From assembly GCA_036172245.1 (NCBI GenBank), contig JAYWIR010000025.1, positions 682,001-746,000 on the forward strand: DNA of 64,000 nt, in the 5' to 3' direction. The position numbers were made by a program, and so were the translations under genes. Positions within the stretch are counted from its first letter, which is position 1. Each line of letters starts with the position of its first letter. Source of the stretch: Raillietiella orientalis. Taxonomy: Eukaryota. The notes under the pieces are model-generated. The model did not search any database. It had not been told where the DNA came from and saw nothing but the letters and a program-made list of their open reading frames with translations. This document shows positions 11,560 through 24,900 of this stretch, one piece after another.

Positions 11560-13600
11560 AAATCAGTGTTCCCGCGCTGGCGGTAGCGTGGCTCCGCGCG
11601 CGCTACTAGGTGTTGAAAGCTGAAACCCGCCTCTCCCCCTTCCTCTGTAAAGGATGGACGCCGAGAATGGGGGTGCATCTTGGGTTTCGGGTCCCCTCTT
11701 CAGGATGACTGAAGAGGGGACTAGTTGGTCTGAAGGTTTCGGAAACCCCCCTGATGCCTTTGTTGACTGGCTGGGATTGGAAGTTGACCATCCGGGATCC
11801 TTCCAGGAATCCAGGAGTCGGCTCTCCTCCGAGTTTCCTCTCCGGCTGTGCAAACGGAGCCGTCCCCCCCTCGGGGGACCATCCATCGCGTGTCATGGAG
11901 CTGGTGGATTGACACCTCTCCAGAGTGTAAAAAGCGAGATGGGGAGCGCTCTCCAGAGAAATCGGGAAGCATCCCTTCAGGGTTCTCTTCAGGGGAGTAA
12001 CAATAAGCGCTGCCCTTGCGGGGTTCCCTCTGGAGAAGAAATTCCAGAAGCGAATCCTTTCCGGGTTTCCTCTGAAGAAAAAAAGAGGAGCGCCCCCTCA
12101 CAAACCGGGAGGTTACCCCGGAGAGAATAAGGAAGAGGATGTCCCCTACCTGGTTAACCAGAGGCAACCGTAGGGTGCGGATGTGCTTTTTTAGTCCTCC
12201 TCCAGCCCAGAGTGGCCGCGTCGGAGGCCGTGTGGCTGCTGAGGCTCCGCGCATGGCACCACCAAGCGTCGCGAGTTCGAGTTCCTCCCGCGAGATGACG
12301 CTGGTTGGTCTACATTCATTCGGGTGCGACACTGGTAGCGGTTGGTGCTCGTGTAGTGGTGCATCGACATTGTCCACATGGAAGCAATTCTTGAGGACAC
12401 CGCGATGGATGTTAGGGGAGAGAAGAAGGTCAATTCATCTCCCGAAGCAGTGGAAGTGCCTAGTGTCCTCCTCCCCACGGAATCATCCTCGCCGGGAGCG
12501 AGGAAACGGAGCGCATGGCTGCGGCGCCATCAACGGCAGCCACGGCCAAATCGAATGCTTACCATGCCCAGGGAGACAAGCCCTCCCTTATCCACAAGGC
12601 GGGTGGCCTGTCTGCGGAAAGCACTGCACGTCCCTTCGCAGAGGAGCTGCGCAATTTACGCGTGTCCAGGAGGAAGACCTTGAAGGCCTTTCCATACGAA
12701 GCGGTGGCCAGTGCGCTGAGCTGATCTGCAAGAATGCAGAGCTAGCACAACGCTTTCTGAAGACCGACATCACAGTGGAAAGCCGCAAGATCTTCCCCGT
12801 GACGGAGGACCGCTCCGTGGTGGTCCAGCTCACGGGCACCACGCTCCGCATGCCCAAGGACGCGGGTGCATGGAGAACTCTGAAAACGTGGCACCGCGCT
12901 GTGGGCCAAACCCAGCCCCTTCGAGGGATTTGGGAAGCTTTTCAGTGGACTGGCCGAAGCGCGAGGAATGCGGGTTACCCTACAAGCTGAAGATTGGCAA
13001 TGGGCTGGTCGATCTTTGGTACGTGGGGAGGCCCAAGTGCTGTGGCCACTGTGATGTCGCGGGGCATTTAAAAAGGAGGTGCCACACCTTTGCGGAAACA
13101 AGGGACACACTAGGCAAGGATGCCCGAAAAGTGTATCCTCGGTCCCCCAATGGAGCGGAAGTCAGGAAAGGAAAGCGCGAGGGCAAATCGGGAAAGAAAA
13201 AGCGAAAAGGCGGACGACATCAGCAGCCAAAGTCCCAACACGAGCAGCAGAAGTCCGAAACAAATTTCCGAAGCAGCTGACAGAAGCGGGTTGGCAGCTG
13301 GTGGAATCCAAAAGGAAGAAGAAACAGCAAGAAAAAAACGGCGAACCTCGTCACCCGCGAAGAAAAGGAAGAGCCGCGGTGCGAAAAAAATCCAGAAATG
13401 CAAGGTGACTATCGAGCGCGTCCCGGCAATCGAAGTCGCCACCGCAGAAGTCGCTCCCGCGGCCGAAACTCGCAAACGCTCCCTGCAAGCAGAGGGTGAA
13501 CTGCGCGACCCGCCGGCTGCCACGCCGAGGCAGCCAGCCCAGGCCGCAGCGTTTCGAAGCGCCTCTTCCAGAGCGACGCCCTCACGCCAGCCGCATCCCT
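11560..13600 (+). mobile_element. L1/Tx1-clade retrotransposon 5' region / ORF1 (gag-like, zinc knuckle), frameshifted
   Basis: LKIGNGLVDLWYVGRPKCCGHCDVAGHLKRRC contains C-X2-C-X4-H-X4-C at 13041-13082, followed by a basic low-complexity tail. The 5' boundary is approximate. Confidence 0.7.
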
Positions 13601-14229
13601 AGCGGCACTTTGCTGCCTATGCGGGTCGTGGTGGCATGAAGCAACGCCAGAGGCCATTACGAGAAAGACGCCATCTATTCTGCTGTCCTCTTCATGAGGA
13701 TCGCGTCAAGATGACCCCATCCGGAAGCCTTGAAACAGAAACTTGCCGGCATCACCGGGTGCCCTCCAGAACCCGGTGATCCCTTCCCGAACTCTCCCAA
13801 TTTTTATGTGTATATATTTTTTGTATAATTTTGTATATATTCTTTTGGTTTATTTTCTTTTTTTTTTGTGTCCCCCGTCCCTTCCTGCTGCAGAGGGGAA
13901 CCCCTCGCCAGCCTGCGTGCCAATTCCCGGAAGGTTCCCTTTTGTTTATATATTTGTAACGTGGCAGTACCAAGCGTCTTGCCACCCACATCTATGTTTA
14001 TTTTTTATCTAAATAAACTCCCTGGAGCAACCGGGTTTCAAGCCCAGACCGTGAAAAAGGCCTCGAGGCGGCCCGATTTCCCCAAGGGAGCGAGAATATC
14101 AGACTTCGGACTGGAATCGTTTGAAACGCTCGGTTTTTTAGTTCTGCGAGCAGTTTCCTCTGGACCGTCTGCCTCCTCAGGATGTGGAGAAGGAGTCCTG
14201 GTGTAACGTCAGGCGTACTTATATGTCCG

Positions 14230-15010
14230 ACATTAAACCAGGACCCCCCAGCATGAAGCGCCTAGCGAAATGCAGGGCCGGGGTCGAGCGCCAAGCCCAA
14301 CAGTCCCGATCGGTCAGCTTGCGGGACGACCAGGGCTGGGAACATTCGGCTCTGGTGCAGGCGAGAAGTGTAATGAGAAGATACTATTCCTCCCTTTAAG
14401 CGAGGGCATCTTCAGAGCGAGGTTTCTCTCAGCTTTTGCTGCCGGATGGTGCTCCGGAGATAGAAGAGAAGGACAAGGGAAGCCTCAACGCGCCTTTCAC
14501 TATCAGTGAGACAATCACCGTCATTGGGAAGCCCAAGAGGCGGAAGGCGCCAGGGGAGGACGGCCTGCCTGTGGAGTTTAACCAGTGCTTCGTGGCAGAG
14601 CTGACCTCCCCGGTGCAGAAGTTGACTTCGCTGATTCGGGATGCAGGCGACGTTCCCACCTCGTTTCGACCAGCAAGGGTGCGTCTCTTCCCTAAGGGAG
14701 GAGCCCTGAGGGAAATCAGCACTGGCGCCCGATCACCGCGGTGAACGCGGACGCCAAGATGCTGGCGAGGGTATGGGCCAGCGAGAGATTGGAACGGATG
14801 GCGGAATCCATAATTAGCCCGGAACAGATCTACTCTGTTCCCGGGTGAAGTATGTATGTCAAACTGTGAGGCACAAAGAAGAGATGAAGGAATGAAGGAT
14901 ATTGTCGACAACCCGAATCTCGGGGCGTCCGCTGGACAGGGAAGGGAAAGCCAGGCGGGAACAGGAGTCCTAGCGGTCGCAGACGACCTGAGAAAAGCGT
15001 TCGATTTTCC
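14230..15010 (+). mobile_element. L1/Tx1-clade ORF2 fragment (N-terminal part of reverse transcriptase), degenerate
   Basis: RRYYSSL, NAPFTISE, KAPGEDGLPVEF (~14544), RVRLFPKGG, WRPITAVNADAKMLAR (~14722), IISPEQ, DLRKAFD (~14985). Confidence 0.85.
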
Positions 15011-15399
15011 TCCGGGCCGCCGGGGCGTTTATTTAGAAAAACAAACTTTTAACACGCTCTGTGGCTGAACCAGTGATCCAGATACGCCCAAAGAAAAACA
15101 CAGAGCTTGCCGAGTCACCGGTTCACAGACCTGTACGGTCCATCACGGCAGCAGGGGAAAGGGGAACAAACAAAAATAAAAGAAAACGTAGGAGGGTGAG
15201 GGAAGGGATCACTGTTGCTGCTGGGACCCTTGTATCCTTCGCAGGATGCCGGCAAGCTCTCTCTGTATAACTGGATCCAGGTGGGGCCATCGTGTCGCCC
15301 TCCCCCAAAATTCGGCGGCGCACTGGATGGCACCCTTATCGCGAGGTCCTCCCGCAGCCTTGCTCCAAGCGGCGACGATCCCACGAAGGCAGCACAGGG

Positions 15400-17950
15400 C
15401 TGCTAAAGAGGCCGCAGGGCGTCGGAAACGAAGGCTTTTATAGCGTCCCTGCGGTTGCCGCAGGGGATTCCGATGGCCGTGGCAAAGCGTGCCCAAAGGG
15501 GCCGAAAGGCAACACAATCCACAAGGAGGTGGGGGAGGGACTCCAGTTCCTCACACCTAACACAATTTGGGTTCACCGCTTCCCAGGTCCAATGGTGTCG
15601 GCGGGCACTGCAGGGGAGTCCCCAGTGCTGCAACAGTAGAGCCGACTCCTCGCATTTTGAGGAGAGGGTGGAAGTGTTCATAAGCACCGGGGGCCACTTC
15701 AGATGTTCAATGGGAACACCGAGCAGCGCGCCCCAGCGCAGAAGTCCATAGGGAGGCGTACTCGGGGTCGCAGCGTCTGTTAGCTGGCCCGTCTTCCACT
15801 CTCCTAGCTTCTCCTTCCCGGAAATGGTAAGAGTAACCTCCCACTTCGCCGCAACATCACTGTCCAGATCTTCCATTAGGGAGGCCAGCGCAGCAGCGAG
15901 GGGTGTTCTTCCCGACCTCGCTCTCTTCTTCGGATCCTCCAGGATCTCTCGGAGCGTGCATCTTCGGATCTCTCGTGTAGCACCCAGACAGGAACCGTCG
16001 TTCCTGTTCGGCGCGTTGCATGCCGCTCTGTGCCCACGTGCGAACGGTTTCCTGCAACCTGGCACTACCGTTCGCGGGGCGACAGGTGATCCATCCTTGA
16101 TTTTTCCGAGTCAAGGCAGCCACCCTCCGTAGTTACAAGAGTCCACATCGGTTGATGCGTTCGATTGCTCCGACCAGAAGTTTCTTCTGGGCTTCCTGGC
16201 CGCATTAACATCCTACTGTGCTCCTGCCGGCGCGACGTGATGACGACCATTTCTGGCTGTATAGGGTGCACGGGGCAATCAGTGGATGCCTCGTCTTCGC
16301 CGAGTATGCTACGGGGTGCCAAGATCTCGCACCCTTCCGTGGATCCCACGCTCCCAACCATCCAACGAGGAACGCACGGACTTTGATCTGCTGACCCATC
16401 CTGGAGGGATGATCGGTAATGCCAGCGTTTTGATCCCCCTCTCCTCCCGGGAACGCCTCTTCGCCACTTTTGAGCATGTCGAGAGAATGCGACATCTGAA
16501 ATTGAAACTCTCCCGGAGCTCCAGGCCGTGACGCCGGGTGGAATTCCGAATCAGGAAATTTTGTTGGTTCTCCGGCACTGCCTTCCATCTTGCAGGGTTC
16601 GTTGAAACCACCTTCGGTCTCAGCCGACGGCGCCTCCGAACGGCTTCAGGTGCGACGAAGGACTTCTGTTCCCGCACCTGCCCTCGACACCATTCAGTGT
16701 CGCTCATTGGCAACCACCCCCGCTGCTGGTGTTCGGCTTCTCCGGGAACGTGGCCGACGATCTCCGCGCCTTCAGCTGTGCGAGGTGCAGCGCCCTCTCG
16801 CGGAAAGCCCCGCGACCGCGAGCCTTCCGCACGTTCCGGGAAGACAGCCCGCGCTCGGGAGGGGCGATCGGGGGCGATCTGCGAGCTCCTTCCTTCAGGA
16901 CCGATCCCAGTCTGACCCTAGCGCTGGGAGAGCTGGCATGCCGCGAAAATTGCGTTTGCCCTTTGGTTGCGAACTCATCTCAAGAGTCTCCCAAGCACGT
17001 GCGTGTGGAAGCGATCTGTCCCTCCCAACCGACTCTGAGCAGCCCGACAAAAGAGTTCGTGACCGGGGGAGCGGCAAGATTCCCTCCCTCGAAGATGGCC
17101 GCTGCCGACTGGTGTCCGCCGGCGAGATCGCGCATGCGCCGAGGGACGGGACTTTCGTTGCACGCCTAGGTATCGGCAGGAGAGATCGCTCGACCACGTA
17201 CGGGCAGGAGGGGTTGTCCGCAAAAACCTCCTGTCTCCCCCGGTTTGAGAAACGCGAGGGAGACCCTCGCCCTCGAGTGGGCAGCGGACTGCGCCGAACC
17301 GCCACGCGGGGTGGTCGAAGTCGCGTAACGACCTCCCCCAGACCAAACGAGCAGGAAAGCGGCATTCCAGGGTGGACTCGCCCTCGCGTCGCTGGGAAGC
17401 GACCGAGAGTTCGCCTTGCCGTACATACTTCCGAGAGCGCCCACCTGAAGTGGCTCAGCAGTTCGAATGGATGTCTTTTCCCTTTTCCACGAGGTTTCCA
17501 AGCAACCTCTTGCAGGGAGAGAAGGGGAGGAGACCGGGAAAAACGTTGGACACACGAGGGCAGGGGAGTCAGGGAGAAAACACCCCCGGATTCGTCCCCA
17601 GATACTCCCTTGCCGCTGCAGTGGGCCGTGGCTGCTTGGAAGGTCAGCAAATTCAGCGCGAAGGAATGGTGACCGATGAGGTCGACTCTAGCAGCCAAGG
17701 TGAGCGATCCCGACACGAAGCCTGGAGGCTCCAGGAAGGCGATCTGGGACATCCAAAACGAGAATCCAAGTCGAGGATACCGGAAGTCGTCTCTCGGTGG
17801 CTGCGAGAGATTCGAGAAAACGCGCGCCGAGGCTGTTTCTTCTTGCGATTCCTCCGGGAAGAAAAAGGACTGCGGACGCCATCTCAACAGAAACTTTGGC
17901 GCGGGTGGGGAAGCCACACGAGGCCTCCACCGTGGGCTCATCAAGTCCGA
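15400..17950 (-). mobile_element. Second L1/Tx1-clade ORF2 remnant in opposite orientation, with C-terminal CCHC (zf-RVT)
   Basis: CVRCEELESLPHLLVDCVAFRPLW = C-X2-C-X7-H-X4-C at ~15515-15565. The upstream GC-rich coding-like sequence is frameshifted and its boundary is approximate. Confidence 0.65.
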
Positions 17951-18955
17951 GCTTCCGTCAGCCAGGGTGGGGAGGAGGGGGGAATCGCAGAGACCTCATT
18001 TGAGGAAGTGAAGCATCCAACACAGCCAAGTCCAAGAAACTTGGAGACAGCGAGGAATTCTGAGCAGGCAAGGCGCCAAGGAAGGAAGACAGCCGGAGGG
18101 AGGGACTTGCGCCGAGTGCCACTGCGCCTTCGGCGCCCACGCACGAGGGCCGCTCCCGCTACGTGGCAGCACATTCGGGACGTCAACTCACTGTTACCTC
18201 TGTGCGCTCGTCGTCGGCGCGCGATTTGGGCGCTCTTCGTCCATCGAGCGGCTCTCCCGAGAAGCGTCTCCCTGAAAGCATCCCGGGAGGCAATCCCTGT
18301 AGGAAAATGGAACCGGACTGCTGCCTCTAGGGACCCAACGTGCTCTCGAAGAAGATGAAACTGTTTCCCGTGGGAAGGGATTCTGACGACGGGTCTGCAA
18401 GCTCGTTTGCAGCGACTTGGATGCGAAGGACTACAATAGACAGTCTCTTCCAGAGGCGGAGGATTTCCCAGATGCTTCCGGCTTCACCTATAGCATTCAT
18501 ACCGCAAAAACGAGGAAGAAAGGTAGCTGAAAACTTGCTGAACTCTGCTGTACCTATCCACGAAGACCTTTGTTTCTGTAAAGAGCTGTTCCCAGTGGAT
18601 GTGGGATGGCTACCACAATGGCGTGTGTCACGCCTCGCAGTGGACTGAGTGTGCGAGGTCGATGAGAGAAAGAAAAGAAGAAAAAGGCAGCTATCATGCT
18701 TTGATTGGGATTAGCTTGCGAGGTCACGACCCTCCCACCTGACAAAAATGCTGCGTCTGGCGAAGATGCTTGTGCTGCAGTTCACCTCGTAAACACTGAA
18801 GAGTGGCGGGCTGTTCGTCCACCCTTGAGCAAAGCTGCGGATATGTGTTCAGCGAACTGCACCGTACCCAATGCTCTGAATTGTACACAAGTCTGTTTAC
18901 ACTGAGATAGATTTCACTGAGATAAATCGGATTTAATGCATTCAATTCGACAGAG

Positions 18956-21900
18956 CTAAAGACAGAAACCCGGTCCGTTGATAGGGGCAACTTCGTAACC
19001 CCAACGCAGAAGGCGACACCTGTGCTCTTCGAGACGTCTTTCTGCGTCTTCTAAATCCCTGACCTCTTTGGGAGACCAAAGGCGCTCTGCCACTGTTGAA
19101 GCTCGCGGCCACAATATTGGCATCAAATTCGTTCTGTCGACGTATTCCGTCCACATACACGCCTCTCCTCCAAGAACCTGGGACTTTAACTTTTCCGGAA
19201 TTCCTTCAGGATGAGGATCGCACTCGTAGTACTTGTGCCAGTCGATCCCGTACAAGATGTGGTCAAGGTACCAGCACGCTGATAACAAGGCTTTATGTCC
19301 TGCTTTCACGACCTGGAACACGGAAAGTCAAAGAACTCTAGAGCGTGCGCAAGAAGGTCGCAGGGAAAATTTCCGCTTGACCAGAACTACATGCTTGAAA
19401 TCAGGGAGCGCTTCGTTTCCATTGAGGGGTCCAGTGACCTCGTTTCTCAAGTGCGCAGGTGCACTGGGGCTTCTACACTGATCCAGGAAGCGCGGGAAAC
19501 GCAAGGGCTTGCTTGCAGGGAGGGGAGCGCACTCCATGCGCCTGGGAGGGAAGGAAGCGATCTCCCCTTCGAAACCGAAGCAGCGGCAGCTGCGCCACAA
19601 TAGGGATTGCCTTCGTCAGACAGAGCGGCCGCAGGAGCCCCAGGCAACTCCTTGGAATGCCAGGCGACGAGGTGCAGATCGACACCCCTGCAAATGGCGT
19701 CCGACCGATTCGCACAGATACTCAGCTTCATGGCTGCGGCAGCAACCATCACACGCCGCCGCGAACGCGTTGCTGCTATTAGAGCTCACGCGCGGTCAAG
19801 AAAGCCAGCATCTCCACACGCAACGCAGCAGTGCCACCCCGTTTCTTCACGTCGTGCATCAACAATTCCTCCTCATCTAGCGTGCGGAGGTGAACATGAA
19901 GATGAACGACTTTGTCCAGTGCTCGCTGTGGCGTACAACGGGAGAGTTCCCAGAGCATCTCGAGATCACAAGACTTTAGCAAGCTGACCCATCCTGCAGT
20001 CGATCTGAGAGAAAGGACCTTTGGTTTCGCTGTTCCCAACAAGAACAGGAAGAGTACCATTTGCTTTGCTGCTGCGACGGGTGGGAACCGATGGGTGGAA
20101 ACCGTCAGCTTATGCTGCCTAACATCTGCCGCCCGGCTTAATTCCGAGGGCGCATCTCTCTAAGAGTGGGAGTCACCCTCTCTGAATCTGCAAGTGTTCC
20201 CTCTCTCGTGTTACCCACGCATTCGCTACTCGCGACATTAGAAACAGCATCTTCAGTTCCTCCCCTTTGACTGACTCTGAGCAGCATCGCTCTCACATGC
20301 AGAGGCACGACAAGGCTTTGCTCCGTAATCTTCGGATGCCACGATTATCGGATCCGTATCGCATCTGACTCGCTGGTTCACAGGAACTTTCTCCTTGGAA
20401 ACCCGAAAATAGTCAGAATGCGCATCTCTTTGAAGCGCGAGCAACGTTTTTGACCTCGGGTGCATCTCCGCTCCCAGAGGCAGGTGAGCCAGTCCCAAGA
20501 TGGCGCTCACCTCGGATTCACAAGACACGAGTCACGAGTGTGGCTATGAAGAACAATGGGAGAGATGAGGATGAGGGGGTGCTTGAGTCCTCCAGAGAAT
20601 GAGATACCAACGAGGTCGTGACATGGTGACGAAGCGAACAGAGAGACTTTCCCTTTGTTCTTCATCGTCGCCGTGGTTACAGGGATCGCAATCCGGAAAA
20701 TCATAAACAAAGCAGAACGCATGCCGAGACACTCTGCGATGGTTGCACCTACATCTCTTGCAAATGAGTTGGCTTCATCAGTGGAAAGAATGGACGGTGC
20801 TCTGGAACGCTTTTGACGAAACAGAACAGACTCCCCAGGTGACTTCGAGAGCTCCTCCATCCTCTCTCGTTTCACAGCTTCTCCAAACTTGCAAGCTGCT
20901 CAAAACTCAAAGTGTGCCGGCGCGAGGGCATCGGTGACTCTTAAGCTATGCTGTGTTTGTGGGTCTCATGAAACCCCAATAGGTAAGAACTTTCCTTTGA
21001 ACATGGAACGGTGTTCACATCAGCACGCTTCCGGCAATCGAGCTTAGCCAAGAGACAAATCTTATTCTCTTCTCACTGACGGCAGTCGACGAATGAAATT
21101 TCGCATCGCCAGCAAAATCGACCCTGGGGCTTAACGACGGTTTCCAGATGATGAATCGAGTCTCGTCAGCAATTGAAATCAACAAAGAGAAAGTAGGGAT
21201 TGTTCTCCTTCACCTTGGACGAACCCAATTCCTTAGGGTTTTCGCTAGGACGTTGGATGAATTCCAAACGTGCATGCAGTTTCCTGATCTCCTATGCGAC
21301 CAACTCGCATTTGCTGAGCCAGTAAGCGTGACCGCTCGTTAACAGCGGAGTGAATTCCCTCTGTCGCTACCGAAACCGGAGGACATCGTCTCTAAGGGAT
21401 CGGTTGGTGTTTCCCCGGACAGCAATGTCAGCGGTGAGCGGCTGCAAGTAACAGCGAAACACCGGTGCTCTCTGAATGAAGATAAAGGAACTTGCTCGTT
21501 TTCGACTCCCGACCATGACCCAGGGTCTGCATCCCGTTCCCAGCAACGGGGGCACCTTTTCCTGAGGGCTCCACTGCAAGCGCTCCTTGAAAAGGATTCA
21601 TAAAGCGAACGGTCCTTCCGAAGAGCTAATCCACAAATGGCAGCCAACGGGAGGCCTTTTCCGCGACGGCTTCCCTCTCTTCGGTCAGTTGTTGGTCTGG
21701 CGGACAAGTGTGCAAACGCTTGCGACCGCTGATAGGAATTTGACCTCAAACGTTGAAGCTGCTCGAGAAGAATTGAAAACGGTCAGAACTTACCGTTCTT
21801 CGAGTAGGTTCACGAATCGGTGAATTCTTTCAACGATTTCCCCTCTGCTGCTCCGTGGAACTCACCAGTGCTTTACCCCGGGCGCTCCCAATGGGAGACA

Positions 21901-24900
21901 CAGACTAGAGCCGAAACACATTCTTTCGACGGGATTCAACTTCTTCTCCGTGGGGATTCAGAGTCTGCTCTTTCTCGATGATCGCGTCACGGTCCGGCAG
22001 CTCTTTAGAAACTCCCTCTTTCTCAAACTCATCATCTGTTCTTAAAAGATTCGAGATTGTCATCTTAGAAAGCGCCGACAGCGTCCCGATAACCACCACA
22101 TTTCAAACAAGTCTGGAGCTTCCGGGTTCTTTCACTCTGGCGTCGGAAGCCACAAAGTGGTTCTTTCGTCGGCAGATCCTCTTCTCTTAATCATCCGGTT
22201 CCATGGATGTATACCCGCTCGGATGATCGCGTTTTTACGTCTCCACGGGGAGACCAGAATTCGTCGTCGCCAGGATATCTGAAGTTCCGGCGGAAAAATC
22301 AGATGCTTCAGGCAGATCTTAGCTCGGAAATCTCTTCGATGGAAGTGCATCCGAGATCGATCTCATCGCTGCTAACACGACGGCCGCTCTGTCCAGAAGA
22401 CATGGCAAGGAAGCGCAAGCACCCGCAAAAGAATTTCCTGGAGAGAATTTCGCAGCCGAACTCTTTGATGACACGAGTGGATTTGTCGGAACCCTGAACC
22501 AGAAGATCCCGTTGCTGGCGCTGTGCATCCCAGTCGGCTTTGTCGACCTCTGCTCGCGCCTCACCTTCACGAAACGAAGGAGTCGACTTACGATTTTTTC
22601 CCCTCCACTTCATTGGTCATGATTCGTGCGCCTGAAGCCTTCGGGCCAACCAGCGTCGTCCTGCGGAGGAGACTCGAAACCCACGACAACATCCGCCATT
22701 TTTCGGCGTCAACCCACTCCCCCGGGCAGGATGCAAACCCTCAAATGAGTTCCCTTTGGCCACGAGGTGGCTGAAACCAATTCCTCTGGCCATGGAATCC
22801 TCTGGCTAATGGCTTTCTGTTTTGCTTTCTTTGGTCCATCGGTGCCACCGGTGGTGGAGACGAACGCCTGGACCGTTCCCCCCCCCTCTCCCCCTCCCCC
22901 ATGACCTGTCAGCCGCCGTCGAGGCATCCACGCCTTTCCTTCTTGATCGCGAGGCTCACGTTTTCCTGTTCCACGTGTCGTTCGAGGTCATTTTCCGTTC
23001 CAGTACCGGCCGTTGGCACCGCTGAAGGCGGAGGAGCACTGATTTGTGGAGGAGGAGGGTCGGAGGGCACCAGCAGCTGCGGGCGGCATTTCAAAACGAG
23101 GAATCTTCGCGGCTGGTAGTCGCAGATCGGCGGGAAGTTCTCTTTCGCGGCTCGTTCCCTACTCGTGCCTCTGGGGACAGGCGGGCGCTCCGGTGAAATC
23201 AGGGTGGAAAGTCCAAGTCGACGTCGCGTCCAATTCGCCCCCACGCACGTGCGTGGGGACGTCAGCGGGAAGGCGCGGCGAGGGCTTCCTGTCTCCGCTC
23301 CCACTCCAGGCACAGTCCACGAAGTCCCTCGGTTGCCGCGCAAGTAGGCAGAGCTGGGCAACCATCACATGAGACGACCGAGGGACAGCGAACCAAGGAC
23401 CTCCCCCCCCTATCCTTTCGACCCTACCACACGCTTCAAAAGAGGAGCCCCCTGGGTTCTCCGAGAGCGGCCGCAGGCAGAAAAACTGCGCGACTCCGCA
23501 AGGGGGCGGAGAAAGGCGGTCCGCGTGCTCAAAGAGCCATCACCCATCGAAAATACTGCGTGCGTAGGGCGGGTGGGGTTTCCCCCGTTGTGCTGCCATG
23601 GAGCACGGTGCACGCCGGTTGATGCGGGCTCTCTCCCAGAAAAAGGGTCAGGGTGGCCTCTGGATTCTCTCTCTCACCGAGCTGTGCCCTGCTCAAGTGC
23701 ATCTCCAATGGCACCAGCCAGTGGCATATACAGGAACCGATAGCGCGCCCTGTGCGTGGTGAAGACAGCTTGCTTGCATGGAAACGGTGGTCTTTGCGAG
23801 GCGGCCCAAACCCCCGCTGCCATGAGAACCGCCGTCTCTCTCTCGGCACAAGAAGATGGCCGTTCTTGTGCCGAGAGAGAGAGAGGTTAAGGATCTTCTG
23901 CTTGCTGCTGCTGTCGTTGCCAAGGGGGGAGATGCCGACTCACCGATATGAGTTCATCCTCGTAGTTGTTATTCTTCCAGACTTGGACGATCAGATCTTT
24001 GAGGGTGATGCCTTCCGTGTCGAGGACTTCCTGCCACACCACCGGCTTGCGGCCCAGGTCGAGGGTGATTTTCCCGATGCGCTCCACGAAGTAGTCCTGG
24101 GCAAGCTTCGGATCGGAGGAATTGAACTTTTTCTGGAGGAACTCCCGCACCTCCGGGTTCGAAGACCTGGTGAGACGCAGGTCACGGGCATTCAGACAGA
24201 GGAAAGAAAGGCCGGGGAGTTAGGCGGAGCAGGGAGGAGGAAGAAGAAGAAAAGCATTCTGCCCCTCCACGTCGCTTCCGCCGATGTGGGGCAGCGGGGG
24301 GGCGCAGAAAAAAGGGCGAGCGGGACATCCGCTTGCTGAGGGGTACGGAGTGCCCGCGCCTCCACGTGAGGGCACGCCCCGGTCCGGGTCGGAGAGAAGA
24401 ACCACTCCCCTCCTTACCAACAGCCAAACTGGACCTCGTCGCCACCGATGTGCACCATCTGGTCGGGGAACTTCTGGGACACCTCCTCGAAGAAACTCTG
24501 CAAGAACGTGTACACGTAATCCGAGGCCGGGTTCATGGGTCCCTTGGTGCCGTCTGGACGCCCATCCTTGTAGCACGTGGTCAGCAGGTCCGGATAGCCT
24601 TTCCCCCAGGACTTGGTGTGACCTGGAGGAGCAGAGCCACGTTTTCCTCCCTCATCGTTTCCCCTCGGCGGCTGCTCCCCGGCGAGGCCTCGCCTGCGGG
24701 CGCATCTGCCCCACGTCGGCTCCTCGAGTTAGGTCCCCCGAGGAAAGAGGAGGGCTCGAAGGTCAGATGGGAGGGGAGTGAAAGACAACCGACGGGGGGG
24801 TGGGACGCGGGTGGAGGCTCCCGAGCGCTCCCCCACGCTCCGAGAAGCCGCGAGCAGCGACCCAACACCCGCGAAGGGTCTTCCCGCTTCCGTCCAGGAA

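Noticed and set aside
18360..18650. Additional possible N-like patches here and at ~29400-29540, 32500-32750, 34010-34150, 44000-44300 and 61800-61900
   Set aside because: Only loose motif-order resemblance with a high risk of over-fitting by eye, so not listed as features. Worth including in the HMM scan.
22034..22044. ATCTGTTCTTA matching U2 sequence just 3' of the truncation point
   Set aside because: Only 11 nt and upstream of the U2 5' fragment (wrong order for a split target), so compatible with chance.
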